Shown here piece after piece: positions 28,457 to 41,492 of a stretch of 64,000 nt of DNA (position 1 is its first letter; each line of letters opens with the position of its first letter). Below the pieces are notes generated by a model. The model did no database searches. It had not been told where the DNA came from and worked only from the letters and a program-made list of their open reading frames with translations. This stretch comes from Octopus vulgaris (lineage: Eukaryota), in assembly GCA_951406725.2 (NCBI GenBank), contig OX597827.1:17608001-17672000 (forward strand). Reading direction: 5' to 3'. The translations under genes were made by a program, and so were the position numbers.

Positions 28457-28713
28457 CATATGTATATATATACATGTGTACATATGTATATATATACATG
28501 TGTACATATGTATATATGTATGTACATATATAGACATATGTATATATATATATGTGTGTGTGTATGTATTATATACTTATAAATGTAGGTATATCTGTAT
28601 GTATGTTTGTATGTATGTATATGAGCGTGTATGCATACACACTTCTTAATTACATATATAATCCTAACTTAATCAGACACAGAAACAAATATTCTAATAT
28701 GTATGTATGTGTA

Positions 28714-28756
<43 letters not shown>

Positions 28757-29508
28757 CGGAGATGTACTTGCATAGCGAGTGACTACATATATATATATAT
28801 ACATATAATTATATACAAATAGAATTATATTGAATTATATACATACATATATTCATAATAACATACTTCTGTATGTATGTATATATATATATATATATAT
28901 ATTTGCGTTTGTGTGTGTATGTATATGTACAGACATACACACACAACGCCCACACAAACACACACACACACACATACATACAGACACGCCAATACGCATC
29001 AAGATGGCAGAGCCGAAGCATAACACGCTTGGTTAAAAACAAAGTTTAGTAATACCCATAGTAATGTTAGTGTTGTCATGCATCGCTGCACAGATAAGCA
29101 GATTAAATGGGCAAAAGATGGTTTTATCAAGCGGAACATTTACACAAACTTACGAATCGAACCTCCACCCTTGCCACCCACCCACCCACCAAAATAGAGA
29201 TTCGACGAAATCGGTAATAGTTTCCATTATGTTTCACGCCATGGTCATCCATGCAAGGAATGTTGACGGTTTTGATCGATCGATGTAATCGATATAATCA
29301 GTATTAAATCGTTATATTTATCTTTTGGTCTGGTTATCGATTTGCTTGACTATCTGTCGGATTGTCGTACAATACACGGCTGACTGTCTGACCGAATCTC
29401 ATAGTCTCGCTTGTTCTCGTTCTCTCTCCAGTTCTCGTTCTCCATTCTCTCTCTCTCTCTCTCTCCCTCTTACCCTTTCATTATTTTTCCTTGTCTCTTA
29501 CTCTCCTT

Positions 29509-29555
<47 letters not shown>

Positions 29556-29603
29556 GTGCACACGAGTGTGTGTGTATGTGTGTTTACAGACACAGATACA
29601 CAA

Positions 29604-29639
<36 letters not shown>

Positions 29640-29643
<4 letters not shown>

Positions 29644-29790
29644 GGTAAGAAGCTTGCTTCCCAACCACATGGTTACAGGTTCAGTCCCACTGTGTGGCAC
29701 CTAGAGCAAGTGTCTCCTACAAAAGTCTCGGGCCGTCCAAAGCCTGGTGAGTGGATTTGGTGGACAGAAACTGAAAGAAGCCCATCGTAT
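29640..29790 (+). mobile_element. SINE A 5' half
   Basis: Head runs into (TACA)n; no 3' half follows the LINE D insertion. Confidence 0.8.
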
Positions 29791-29813
29791 ACATACATAC
29801 ATACATACATACA

Positions 29814-29844
<31 letters not shown>

Positions 29845-30400
29845 GTTTCTTTATTAGCCACACAGGGCTGCACATAAACGGGACAGATTACAAAGTAGAG
29901 CTTTTAGTTTGGGGGGAGAGAAAAAAAAAGGTTGGTTAGGTTTTCGATCAAAAGGGATCATAAAAGGGAAAGAAGAAAAAATAGGGGGAAAAGGGGAAAA
30001 CAAATAGGGATCATGTATCACAGTGTCATGGTGTAAAGTGTAAAGTAATTCATAATAGGTAGAGTTGAGCTTGCCAAAGTGTAATGCAGTTAAATTAAAG
30101 AGATTAAGATTGTTTGGAATTGGATATTCATCGCGTAAAGTGTTCCTAGTCAATATAAGTTTCTTTATTGGCCACACAGGGCTGCACACAGATGGGACAA
30201 GTTACAAGGTAGAGCTTTTCTTTTGGGGGAGAAAAAAAAAGGTGGCGTAGGTTTTCGATCAAAAGGGATCGTAAAAGGGAAAAAAGAACAAAAAAAGAAA
30301 AAAAGAAAAAAAAAGGAAAAGGAAAAAAAAAAGAAAAAAGGGAAAAAAAAGAAAAGAAAAATGAAAAAAGAAGAAAAAAGAGGAAAAAGGGGGAGAGGAA
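29845..30400 (-). mobile_element. two LINE D 3' end copies (29845-30040, 30159-30400)
   Basis: GTTTCTTTATT(A/G)GCCACACAGGGCTGCACA termini. Confidence 0.85.
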
Positions 30401-30465
30401 TCACCGTGGCTGGTGGACAGTCGAAATAAATAAATAGACAAAATCGCTTCACTTCTATAAAAATA

Positions 30466-30860
30466 CTAGCAGTATCACCCGGCGTTGCTCGGGTTTGTTT
30501 CGACCCTTTAAAATTTGAATTTTTGAAAAGTAAGCATTTTGCATTATGTAGCTTGTTATTCTCTATAAGTGAACATTTTTCTGGTTGAAATACACCGAAA
30601 AAAGGCGACACAGCAGTCAAAAGATCGTAAAAAATAGGGATTTTCATAGAAAAAAAAAAGCACTTTTTTTATGTAAATAATTTTTGGTGTTAACATGGTC
30701 CGATTTGAATTTTTTCTTCTACGAAAGGAAGAGCAAGCCTTCTTCTATCATACTCCCAATTTTGGTCAACTTGCGCCGCAGGGTCTCGGAGGAGATAGTG
30801 TTAGTTGAAGGCTACCAAACCTGCCACACACACACAGACAACTTCAGCTTTATATATAGA
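30466..30860 (-). mobile_element. non-autonomous Helitron
   Basis: Minus strand: TCTATATATAAAGCTGAAGTTG..CCCGAGCAACGCCGGGTGATACTG-CTAG|T. Confidence 0.78.
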
Positions 30861-30869
30861 GTGATTTAT

Positions 30870-31053
30870 TAATTTTTAGGCGTGAAAATACTTATTTTAC
30901 TGCAAAAATAATTAAAATATAAATACTTATCGGCTGCAGAAACTCGCGATATACTGAAGAGACCGCGATATAAATTTACATATATTAGCCAAAAAAGTCT
31001 GCGTTGTACTGAGTGCGCGATAGGTGAACCGCGATATGGCGAGTGAGTACTGT
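30870..31053. mobile_element. Tc1/pogo(Tigger)-like transposon end remnant
   Basis: GAACCGCGATATGGCGAGTGAGTACTG resembles a CAGT-type TIR; repeated CGCGATAT sub-terminal motifs. Confidence 0.45.
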
Positions 31054-31065
31054 GTTGATATTAAA

Positions 31066-31576
31066 TATATATAAAACTGTAGTTGTGTGAGTGTCTGTCC
31101 CCTTCGATTTAGATTCCTAACTACTCCCACATTTTGCGGTGCAGTTTGACCAAATTCGGGTATCTTATAGTCGTGATTCATATCGAGCCCGTCTGAGTAT
31201 TAGCGCGCGTCTACGATAAGTCTACGATTTTAAAAATAATTTAACATTATTTTTTATTCCATTTTAATGCATAATCTTTCGTGTGTCGATGGCGGCGGAG
31301 TTGGAGTCCACGGTCACACCTGCACCTGTGTGTGCTTCTCCCCCTTCTTCCCTCCCTCGTGAACCTGTGGGGAAGGGAGTGTAAGGAAATCAACGTCGTA
31401 AAGCGTTGTCAAGGAGACCAGCGTTCTTTTAGAACAACGACTTCATGGCTTGAAGACACCAAAACAGAAATGGCTAAGAAAGCCCGAATTGGCATCTATA
31501 AGGGAAGTAACTCTCTAAAAATGCTTATATAGTTATTTCCCTTACAAACCCGAGCAACGCCGGGCGATACTGCTAG
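31066..31576 (+). mobile_element. non-autonomous Helitron
   Basis: TATATATAAAACTGTAGTTG..CCCGAGCAACGCCGGGCGATACTG-CTAG|T. Confidence 0.78.
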
Positions 31577-31959
31577 TTAAATATATATTAAGACGGTAAC
31601 CTGTCAAAAGCATTGAAGCAGTGGTTCTCAACCATTTTCACTTCTGGACACCCATTTTACTCGGGTGAACCATCAAAGCCGTTCGATGTTTGGAAAAATC
31701 CCATTAGATTTTTATAATCAAATATTGATTTCAAATTTCTGCAAAAGGCCGTCAAGATCGAGAGACGAAGAGTGTCGATTGCATTGAATTCAATGCCTAA
31801 CAGGTACTTAATTTCATCGACCCTGAAAGTATGGAAGGCAAAGTCAACCTTGGCGGAATTTGAACTCAGAACGCGCAGTGGGACGAAATGCTGCTAAGCA
31901 TTTTTCCCGACGTTCTACCAGCTCGCCACTTTCATTTCAATAATTAGATATTAACGTAT

Positions 31960-32269
31960 TTTTTTGTTTGTTTGTTCCTTCTCGAGCCATGCCTGGCTCA
32001 TAAGGGCCGGTTTCCCGGTTCCTTTGGCGTATAGGTTCCCCACCTGGACGGAGCCGGTCCGTTGCAGGTGAGCTGCAAGATGCAGGTGGATAGAGTGAGA
32101 GAAATTTGTGTTGAAAGAGTCAGCAGAAGTTCGCCATTACCTTCTCCCGGAGCCGCGTGGAGCTTAAGTGCTTCGCTCATAAACACACACATCGCCCAGT
32201 CTGAGATTCGAACCCGCAATCCCTCGACCGCAAGTACGCTGCTCTAACCACTAGGCCATGTGCCTCCAC
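31960..32269 (-). mobile_element. SINE family C, tail type 3
   Basis: 10-bp TSD AGATATTAAC (31946-31955 / 32270-32279). Confidence 0.9.
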
Positions 32270-32815
32270 AGATATTAACAGGAATTGTATAAAAATTGTT
32301 AAAATATTTTGTGTATTGCAGAATTATACGCAATTTATGGCACATAAACTTCAGCGACAAAATCTTTTATGTGACCCCAAGGGACAGATGGACCTTGTTG
32401 AGACCCACTGCATTAGAGCGCCGGACAAAATACCTTTCGGCATTTCTTTATTTTCTGAGCTCGGTTCTCGCTGGGTTTAACGTTGTCTTTTTCTTTCTTT
32501 GCGGGGGTCGATGAAATGGAGTATCATTCAATGATTGTGGTCAATTTACTCGACTAGCCTTTCCCTCAAAATTGCTTGTCTTGTGATTAAATTAGAAACT
32601 AATTTACAAAGTATTTATTCTGTTCAGCACAACATAGAAATATAATGGAAACTTCTCTGTAATTCCTTGCTGAACAACCCGCTCACATGATTTATTTATT
32701 GGTATCAAATGTTTGTGCAGTATATAAGCTCTTTCCCTTCAGGTACACGTTGTACCAGAAGTTGGATGTCGAAGAGACTGCTAACGAACACGCGATGAAG
32801 TGTTTTGCTCAAGAA

Positions 32816-33158
32816 GGCGGCGAGCTACCAGAAACGTTAGCGCGCCGGGCGAAATGCTTAGCGGTATTTCGTCTGTCACTGCGTTCTGAGTTCAAATTCC
32901 GCCGAGGTCGACTTTGCCTTTCATCCTTTCGGGGTCGATAAATTAAGGACCAGTTACGCACTGGGGTCGATGTAATCGACTTAATCCGTTTGTCTGTCCT
33001 TGTTTGTCCTTTCTGTGTTTAGCCCCATGTGGGTAGTAAAGAAATAGGTATTTCGTCTGTCTTTACGTTCTGAGTTCAAATTCCGCCGTGGTCGAATTTG
33101 CCTTTCATTCCTTGTTTGTCCTTTCTGTGTTTAGCCCTTTGTGGGTTGTAAAGAAATA
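32816..33158 (+). mobile_element. SINE B with partial second unit, nested in an old CORE-type SINE
   Basis: 15-bp TSD TGTTTTGCTCAAGAA (32801-32815 / 33159-33173). Confidence 0.9.
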
Positions 33159-33364
33159 TGTTTTGCTCAAGAACACAACACACCACCCGATCCAAGAATT
33201 GAAACCACGATCTCTTGATCATGTGTGCAACACCTTAACCACTTGTCGATGTGCGCCTCACACCTACGAATATAGGTTTTATTCAACAATGCAATTTCTT
33301 TGTAGAGGCAAATTTCAGTAAATAAAATCGTTTGCTTTCTTTCGGCTTATACTTTTTAAATTTG

Positions 33365-33755
33365 CCTTTTTCTCAACTCTTGATAACACAAAACACATAT
33401 CACAATGTTTGAAGAACTCCGTTGGTAGATATATTCTGATCTGTTCAATTATCTGCTCATGCGCCTTGTTTGCGTGTCAAAGCAAAAGCTGGCCTGATAA
33501 GAAATTGCGAATGAAGTAAAAAAGGAATTCAATCTCTTGAGACACATGATATGCTTCGTATCAGTAGATTGATTCCAGAATCGGGATCCAAAGTCACATC
33601 AGCTTCAATAACATATCTATGAAGGCTTATGCTGATGTCTTATGTATTAGTTGTAGGTGTTATGACAGAGTCTCAAAAGCATGATGCAACTCTATTTTGA
33701 GAATATGACGTGGAAACGTTGATATCTTGTGAGTTAATTCGACACGATAAACTGC
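33365..33755 (-). pseudogene. Helitron PIF1-like helicase fossil (C-terminal motifs)
   Basis: FPRHILKI..IMLLR..IPFLLHSQFLIRPAFALT/NKAHEQIIEQIRIYLP..FKH..VLSRV parallels the consensus PPH.L.LK..IMLLRN..QFPVR.AFAMTINKSQGQTL..VG.YL...F.HGQLYVALSRV. Confidence 0.65.
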
Positions 33756-33759
33756 ATTT

Positions 33760-34144
33760 TTTTTCGCCCTTTTCATGCCAGCCAGGCTCATGGGCTCGGT
33801 TTCTCGGTTTCTGTGGTGTATGTGTGTCCCCCCACACCCAGCTGGATGGGACGCCAATCCATCGCGGCGTTACTCAAGAAACAGGAAGAAAGAGTGAGAG
33901 AAAGTTGTGGCGAAAGAGTACAACAGGGGTCGCAACCACCCGCTGCCGGAGCCTCGTGTTTTCGCTCAATAAACACGCACAACGTACAGCGGGGTTCACC
34001 ACCGCCCACCCAGCCCCGCCGGAGCTTTGTGAAGCTTAGGTGTTTTTGCTCAATAAACACTTACAATGCCCGGTCTGGGAATCGAAACCGCGATCCTCCG
34101 ACCGCGAGTCCGCTGCCCTAACCACTGGGCTATTGCGTCTCCAC
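33760..34144 (-). mobile_element. SINE family C variant with duplicated post-tRNA module and variant tail
   Basis: TSD CACGATAAACTG (33743-33754 / 34142-34153); GCTCAATAAACAC occurs twice. Confidence 0.85.
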
Positions 34145-34342
34145 GATAAACTGTATTACACACCGTATATGCCATATATGAGCTTTTATAGAATCTGTCG
34201 TTGATTTATTTACCCTCTGTGTTGAAACATTTGTTGAATAATAACTTAGTAAGTCAGGCTGATTTGAATAGTTGCAACATTCACATATGAAAAAAAATCG
34301 CAAATTTTGAGATAAATTAGCATAGTTCTGGGAAAAGAACAT

Positions 34343-34752
34343 GGATCTTTTCGGTTTGAACGGCAGTTCTTTCTAGCGGTGTCATATGAAATTGCCACCC
34401 ATAATTATGACCCTAGTATCGATCTATTGCATTTCAATCTATTTTAGGGTTAGGGTTAGGGGTTGGGGGAAGGGTATCTTTTTTTTCTTCACAAATGTAA
34501 ATAAACCCAATCTGTTTCTTAAACAAGGGACATATTGATACGGCACAGAATGTTTTCATCTCAATAGACGTCATTGATTGGTTGAAATTGCAGAAATTGA
34601 AGAAAAATTATCTTACAAACTATAGAATTTTCTCAATAAAGCCAAGAGAAAAAGATGTTTTGTAAACACATTTTACCAGTATACGAAGTTTAACATTTTT
34701 TAGTTACGCGGAAATTATTTTTTAAAAACTGCCGTTCAAACCGAAAAGGTCC
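34343..34752. mobile_element. 410-bp MITE with ~26-bp TIRs and 8-bp TSD (Merlin- or Mutator-like)
   Basis: GGATCTTTTCGGTTTGAACGGCAGTT..AACTGCCGTTCAAACCGAAAAGGTCC; TSD AAGAACAT; internal TTAGGG repeats; second copy at 60822. Confidence 0.88.
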
Positions 34753-35049
34753 AAGAACATTAACTGAGTAATTTTTAATACACATCCTGGATTTATTACG
34801 AATGCTATCGTCGTTTTAATTTTTTTTTCAGATCCTGGAGTAATTATTTTGCAACGTCTATTTATTTGCAATAAGGTTTCGTTGAATGGTAGTCAGTTCT
34901 ATTGTTTTGTCATCATCGCTGCACCCCCCCCCCCCAGCAAAAAAAAAATGATCTCTTAAATGTGACCCCAACAAATTGTCGCTGTGCAGCATAACGTACA
35001 TCCGCAACAATGTAATTCCACTAAAGAGGCAGGAAATAGTTAAAACACA

Positions 35050-35437
35050 GTGGAGGCGCAATGGCCCAGTGGTTAGGGCAGCGGACTCGCGGTCATAGGA
35101 TCGCGGTTTCGATTCCCAGACCGGGCGTTGTGAGTGTTTATTGAGCGAAAACACCTAAAAGCTCCACGAGGCTCCGGCAGGGGATGGTGGTGATCCCTGC
35201 TGTACTCTTTCACCACAACTTTCTCTCACTCTAACTTCCTGTTTCTGTTGTACCTGTATTTCAAAGGGCCGGCCTTGTCACTCTCTGTGTCACGCTGAAT
35301 ATCCCCGAGAACTACGTTAAGGGTACACGTGTCTGTGGAGTGCTCAGCCACTTACACGTTAATTTCACGAGCAGGCTGTTCCGTTGATTCGGATCAACCG
35401 GAACCCTCGTCGTCGTAACCGACGGAGTGCTTCCCGC
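35050..35437 (+). mobile_element. SINE family C, tail type 1
   Basis: 12-bp TSD AGTTAAAACACA (35038-35049 / 35438-35449). Confidence 0.92.
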
Positions 35438-36014
35438 AGTTAAAACACAAAATGGCTTGTCGCACTCACGTAGAGCTTTTTTATCACTTATCAGAACATC
35501 AAAGAAACGTTGAAAACCCATTCTTTTATATTCAAGAAACGAAAGGAATTTTCAGCTAAGAGTGTTTTCCCGAGTGGCTTTTGATAACTATTTGAATAAA
35601 GACAATTTGCCCTTATCTCCGGCATAAATTAACTTAGGATGTCAAACTGTCAAGATTGAATATGAATAATGCAGGATAAGATGATCTTAACCAACTTTGG
35701 ATTGATATAAGGGACCTCGCGGCGAACTATATGATTAATGACATCAATAGTTTTCAGTTTATCTTCATTTATTCCCAGCTGAATATGAGTCGGGTTAAGC
35801 CCTCGTTTATGCCTCTCAATAGTAGCAGAATGAGCCTCAAGTTTTCCTGTGACATTCTTCAGAACTGGGTGACAAAATGCTCGAGGCAACATTTGCAAAG
35901 GAATATTTTGCAAGAGCTGTGGAATCGCAGGTATAAGCAGGTTTTAATTACAAATTTGAACATTTGCTTCCATGCAATGGTAACAGCTATGAGTTGCTGA
36001 GTTTTCAGTCCCAT

Positions 36015-36178
36015 GTGCGCAGGAGTGGCTGTGTGGTGAGTAGCTTGTTTACCAACCACATGGTTCCGGGTTCAGTCCCACTGCGTGGCACCTTAGGCAA
36101 GTGTCTTCTACTATAGCCTCGGGCCGACCAAAGCCTTGTGAGTGGATTTGGTAGACGGAAACTGAAAGAAGCCCGTTG

Positions 36179-36247
<69 letters not shown>

Positions 36248-36481
36248 TATGCGCGTGTGTGTTTGTGTGTCTGTGTTTGACCCCCTAGCGTTGCTTGACA
36301 ACCGATGCTGGTGTGTTTATGTCCCCGTTACTTAGCGGTTCGGCAAAAGAGACCGATAGAATAAGTACTGGGCTTACCAAAGAATAAGTCCCGGGGTCGA
36401 GTTGCTCGATTAAAGGCGGTGCTCCAGCATGGCCGCAGTCAAATGACTGAAACCAGTAAAAGAGTAAAAGAGTAAAAGAGT
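36015..36481 (+). mobile_element. SINE family A
   Basis: Full length; interrupts a segment that is duplicated at 40206-40630. Confidence 0.92.
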
Positions 36482-36609
36482 ATACCATTACATGAATTAT
36501 TTCATAAATAATTACATAAATAGATATGATCCAGCATCGGCAATGTACCGGCACTTCATCAGGTAGGTGGTGGCTTTTACAGCACTGCTTGAACTCAATT
36601 TAATGTTAA

Positions 36610-37140
36610 TATTATGAACATTTGTAACCATCTGAATAAGCTTCGATGTTTCAGGAAAATCGGTTCCTCGTGCTCTTTTAGCAATAAATCGTCAAAAAAT
36701 TGTTGACTGCAATAAATTATTCCATACACTTAAATTCCAGGCACTGCTTTGCCCCGTTTTTATAGCCATATTAAGTACTCTAGACGGTGAGTAAGCCCGA
36801 ATTAAAAGAAAAAAGAACCTGTAAAATGTATATGAGGTGAACTCCACCCAAAGAAATTTTATTGATTATTCAGTGGGACATGGAAGGAATTATTCAGTAT
36901 GAATTTTTACGGCCGAATCAATGAATCACTTCTGAAGTCTTCTGTCAGCATCTTCAACGCTTTTGCTTAGAAAACATCCCGCATTAATAAATCGCGGTAG
37001 AAGTTCTCTTTTATGAACACGACTTCACGCCGCACAAGTCACTGAAAATGCTCTAGAATCGTCCAGGTGAAAACAAATGCTACATCTTCCATATTCTCCA
37101 AACCTCGCTCCATCAGACTTTTATTTATTCAGATGCTTGC
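36610..37140 (+). pseudogene. degraded mariner transposase
   Basis: LHPKK..WDMEGIIQYEFL..FCQHLQR..HPALINR..TPH..LPYSPNLAPSDFYLF (YSPDLAPSD motif); frameshifted. Confidence 0.85.
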
Positions 37141-37877
37141 TAGCCTATATAGACAGGAAAAAGGATAACCAGCGGGGAAGACAGAGAAAATAAAAGAAAT
37201 ATATATTTTAATTCAAATCCCACGCAATTCTTTCAAATCAAACGTTCCAAAACATACACCAAAAGTGGAACGAAATGATAGAAAGTAGAGGAAATTAAAA
37301 ATATGATTAAATTTACATTAATAACTATCGTGTTTGTATGCACACAAATACTACAAATCGGACAGAACTTTCTATTCAACCTAATCATTTATTAAGAGTA
37401 AATATCATATATGAATGTTTAGTAATTTGTTGTGTTTAGAAGACAAGCATGGAAGCAGATTTTGTTGTCCATCCTAGAGTTTGCTTGTACAAATTACATA
37501 ATTGTAATCATACATAATTGTATATGGCATTATATATATTGGCATACCTATGTGTATATAAAGCTTTGGTCATTAATTTTCAATAAAATAATTATGAGTG
37601 GTTTTGATGTACAGTTGGCAGGAAATATTGATAAAACTGTGCAGGAGTAATAATATGTACCTTTTGTGAATAAAACTAACTTTTTCCATGTTGTTTTCAA
37701 TGCAGGTTTTTCATTCAGAGATAAAATCACACACCAGCCTATATTCGACATTGATTTATGGCAAATACATATTTTTCACAATCATTTACTCCCTACAGGA
37801 CTATTCTAATATATTAGTTTTTCTTCTATTTCCTACACAAAGAAGAACTGTTAACCAACAGCGTATCTATGCGCGCG

Positions 37878-37942
<65 letters not shown>

Positions 37943-38115
37943 TGTGTGTGTGTGTGTGTGTTGTAATTAACTTTTCTGTCGAGAACTACTTATGACAGAC
38001 AGCTCAGTAACACACAAACAATTGTTACTGAGACGCTTGGACAAAGATTTCGAATTTAGCAAAGTAACCTTGAGCAGGCTGGACTGTTGCAGAGTGTGCC
38101 GCAGGTCCACCGTCA

Positions 38116-38316
38116 GTTTCTTTATTACCCACAAGGGGCTAAACAGATTAAGTCGATTACATCGACCACAGTGCGTTACTGGTCCTTAATTTATCGACCC
38201 CGAAAGGATGAAAGGCAAAGTCGACCTCGGCGGAATTCGAACTCAGAACGTAACGGCAGACGAAATACGGCTACGCATTTCGCCCGGCGTGCTAACGTTT
38301 CTGCCAGCTCGCCGCC
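38116..38316 (-). mobile_element. SINE family B
   Basis: Head GGCGGCGAGCTGGCAGAAACGTTAGCACGCCGGG on the minus strand; flanking repeat CAGGTCCACC. Confidence 0.88.
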
Positions 38317-38530
38317 TTGTCCACAGGTCCACCATCTCCTTTCCAAAAACAAAAGCTACGCTAAAGAAGACTGGGTTCCAAAAACTACGATCTCCTTAAT
38401 GGACGCAGCTCTCATGTATGTGGAATTTCCTTTGAAAAGGTCTGCTTGATAATACCCACCACGTGCCAACGTGGATCGGATAACGAAACCGGGATTTATG
38501 AAATAAAACATGCAACTTCAATGTGACGTA

Positions 38531-38943
38531 TACTCTTACTCTTTTACTCTTTTACTTGTTTCAGTCATGTGACTGTGGCCATGCTGGAGCACCGCCTTTA
38601 GTCGAGCAAATCGACCCCAGATCTTATTCTTTGTAAGCCTAGTACTTAGTCTATCGGTCTCTTTTGCCGAACCACTAAGTTACGGGGACGTAAACACACC
38701 AGCATCGGTTGTCAAGCGATGTTGGGGGGACAAACACAGACACACAAACATATACACACACATATATATATACATATATACGACGGGCTTCTTTCAGTTT
38801 CCGTCTACCAAATCCACTCACAAGGCTTTTGTCGGCCCGAGGCTATAGCAGAAGACACTTGCCTAAGGTGCCACACAGTGGGACTGAACCCGGAACCATG
38901 TGGTTGGTAAGCAAGCTACTTACCACACAGCCACTCCTACGCC
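38531..38943 (-). mobile_element. SINE family A
   Basis: Full-length reverse complement. Confidence 0.92.
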
Positions 38944-39626
38944 TATGAAAGCACTTGGTCCATCTAACCTTTTAGTTTAGGGCATAGGAGACAACTTCAT
39001 ATAAAGTTTCTTTTCAACAGGATATCTATTGCTAGACACTCGTGGATCTTATGTTGGGTTCATCAGAGCCTATATTCCTTTCCTGCTGGTTTTCTAGACC
39101 ACCCTAACAAGACAACCCGAGTGATATTTCCTCACTGATGAACCTATCGTGTTACACTAAATGAGTAACACTCACAGCAAATTTACTTTCTACAGACACA
39201 CATAAATATACACAAACATGCAACATGTATACATACACACAGACACACACACACATAAGCATACATATGTGTATGTACATTTCTATAAATTCATTTGTGC
39301 ATTTCTTAAATATATGCCGCCTTCTGATATATATATATATATTTTGTTTTGTTTGATTTGGATGTTCGTATTTATATAGTTAATAAATAATATGAAATGG
39401 TAATATCTGTAAGTTGATGATTGAAATGAATTTCTTCTTCCATTTTCTTATTTGTATTATGAATTTACGGTAAAATATTTTACCTTCACCCATCCAATAC
39501 AATAAATGAATTAATTGCATTGCAATTATAAGCATTTATGTATTTGACATTTGGGTGCTTCACCAGCAGTATACTGGATAACTGATATCCCATAGTGGGT
39601 TACTCTAATAACCCCTATCTTACTTT

Positions 39627-39699
<73 letters not shown>

Positions 39700-39973
39700 G
39701 CATGTAGCGTTCCTGGCTTTCAGAGTATGCGAAAGGCCTATTTGGGGGTCCACCGTCCCGACATTTTTCAGAAAAATTTTGTATATGCTCATAATTAACA
39801 GATCCTCATGTATTCTCTTTTACCCAAAGTCAGGAACTTTTGAGAACCTTCTTGCACGCGCGCGCGCGTGTGAATGAGTGAGTATATGTATGTATATGTA
39901 TACGTGTAGATATATATGTGTATGTATACACACACAGACACATACACACAAGAAGATGGTATAAGCAGGTTTA

Positions 39974-40207
39974 GGGTGGCGAGCTGGCAGAATCGTTAGC
40001 ACGCCGGGCGAAATGCTTAGCAGTATTTCGTCTGCCGCTACGTTCTGAGTTCAAATTCCGCCGAGGTCGACTTTGCCTTTCACCCTTTCGGGGTCGATTA
40101 AATAAGTACCAGTTACGCACTGGGGTCGATATAATCGACTTAATCCGTTTGTCTGTCCTTGTTTGTCCTCTCTGTGTTTAGCCCCTTGAGGGTAGTAAAG
40201 AAATAGG
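39974..40207 (+). mobile_element. SINE family B
   Basis: 15-bp TSD GGTATAAGCAGGTTT (39958-39972 / 40206-40220). Confidence 0.92.
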
Positions 40208-40289
40208 TATAAGCAGGTTTTAATTACAAATTAGAACATTCTCTTCCATGCAATTTTAAAAGCTATGAGTTGCTGAGTTTTCAGTCCCA

Positions 40290-40512
40290 TACCTATTTCT
40301 TTACTACCCACAAGGGGCTAAACACAGAGGGGACGAACAAGGACAGACAAACGGATTAAGTCGATTATATCGACCCCAGTGCGTAACTGGTACTTAATGT
40401 ATCGACCCGGAAAGGATGATGAAAGGCAAAGTCGACCTCGGCGGAATTTGAACTCAGAACGTAGCGGCAGACGAAATGCCGTTAAGCATTTCGCCCGGCG
40501 TGCTAATGTTTC
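40290..40512 (-). mobile_element. SINE family B
   Basis: 12-bp TSD CAGTCCCATACC (40282-40293 / 40513-40524). Confidence 0.92.
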
Positions 40513-41283
40513 CAGTCCCATACCATTACATGAATTATTTTATAAATAATAACATAGATATGATCCAGCAACAGCAGTGTACCGGCACTTCATCAGGTAG
40601 GTGGTGGCTTTTACAGCACTGCTTGAACACGTTCAATTTCCCATCTCTTTGTTTGCTTTTACATTATTTGATTTCTTTCTTTACCGAGTAGCTCATAAAT
40701 TCAAGGCTACACATGTTATAACAATACAAACAAAACAGTAAAAATGGCTGTAAAAATAAAAATACAAACTACAATACAAATAGAACGAAATTCGTTGATG
40801 GAAAGCAAAAAGAAAAAAACAAAATGAAATGTTTAAATATAGATCAAAAGTAACATACTGTTTTTCTGTTCTTTTGTAAAGTTGTCTCTACTTTTATCTC
40901 AGAATATAAACTAGAAGTATCTGTTACTTCTATTGTCAGCAACTGTTTTCCTGCAAATGGCCAATTGTCATCGCTCTCCCAGTAGGATATCTACTCGACT
41001 CTTCGTCCACTTGCAAAACTTAATATCATTTATCCTGATTCCGAAGAAAGCCTTTTCATAGTCAATAAGCTTCTTCTCATACATTAAGAGATATTTATTT
41101 GCCTTTACCGTTGTATACATACAAATGTTCATTCACTCGTTGTATACTTAGAAACATTTAAATCAAAATATACATTTATACACATACATATCGATACAAA
41201 AATATATGTAAAATAAATATATTCAAGAGATGGTGGTGTGGATTTCACTCGCATCCGAAACTCAGAGTTTATCTTGGCTACTG

Positions 41284-41329
<46 letters not shown>

Positions 41330-41377
41330 ATGGATATATATATATATATATAGATAGATAGATAGATAGATACATAG

Positions 41378-41492
<115 letters not shown>

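Noticed and set aside
34443-34465. TTAGGG repeats as a telomere fusion relic
   Set aside because: Only about three units, internal to a MITE present twice.
35650-36000. Overlapping 87-89 aa ORFs in non-repetitive sequence
   Set aside because: No recognisable domain or splice pattern; needs a database search.
35985-36565. Minus-strand CUGAUGA-AGU..ACU-GAAA in the duplicated hotspot segment after removing the SINE
   Set aside because: A stem II can be drawn but stem I does not pair in either copy; at most a decayed motif.
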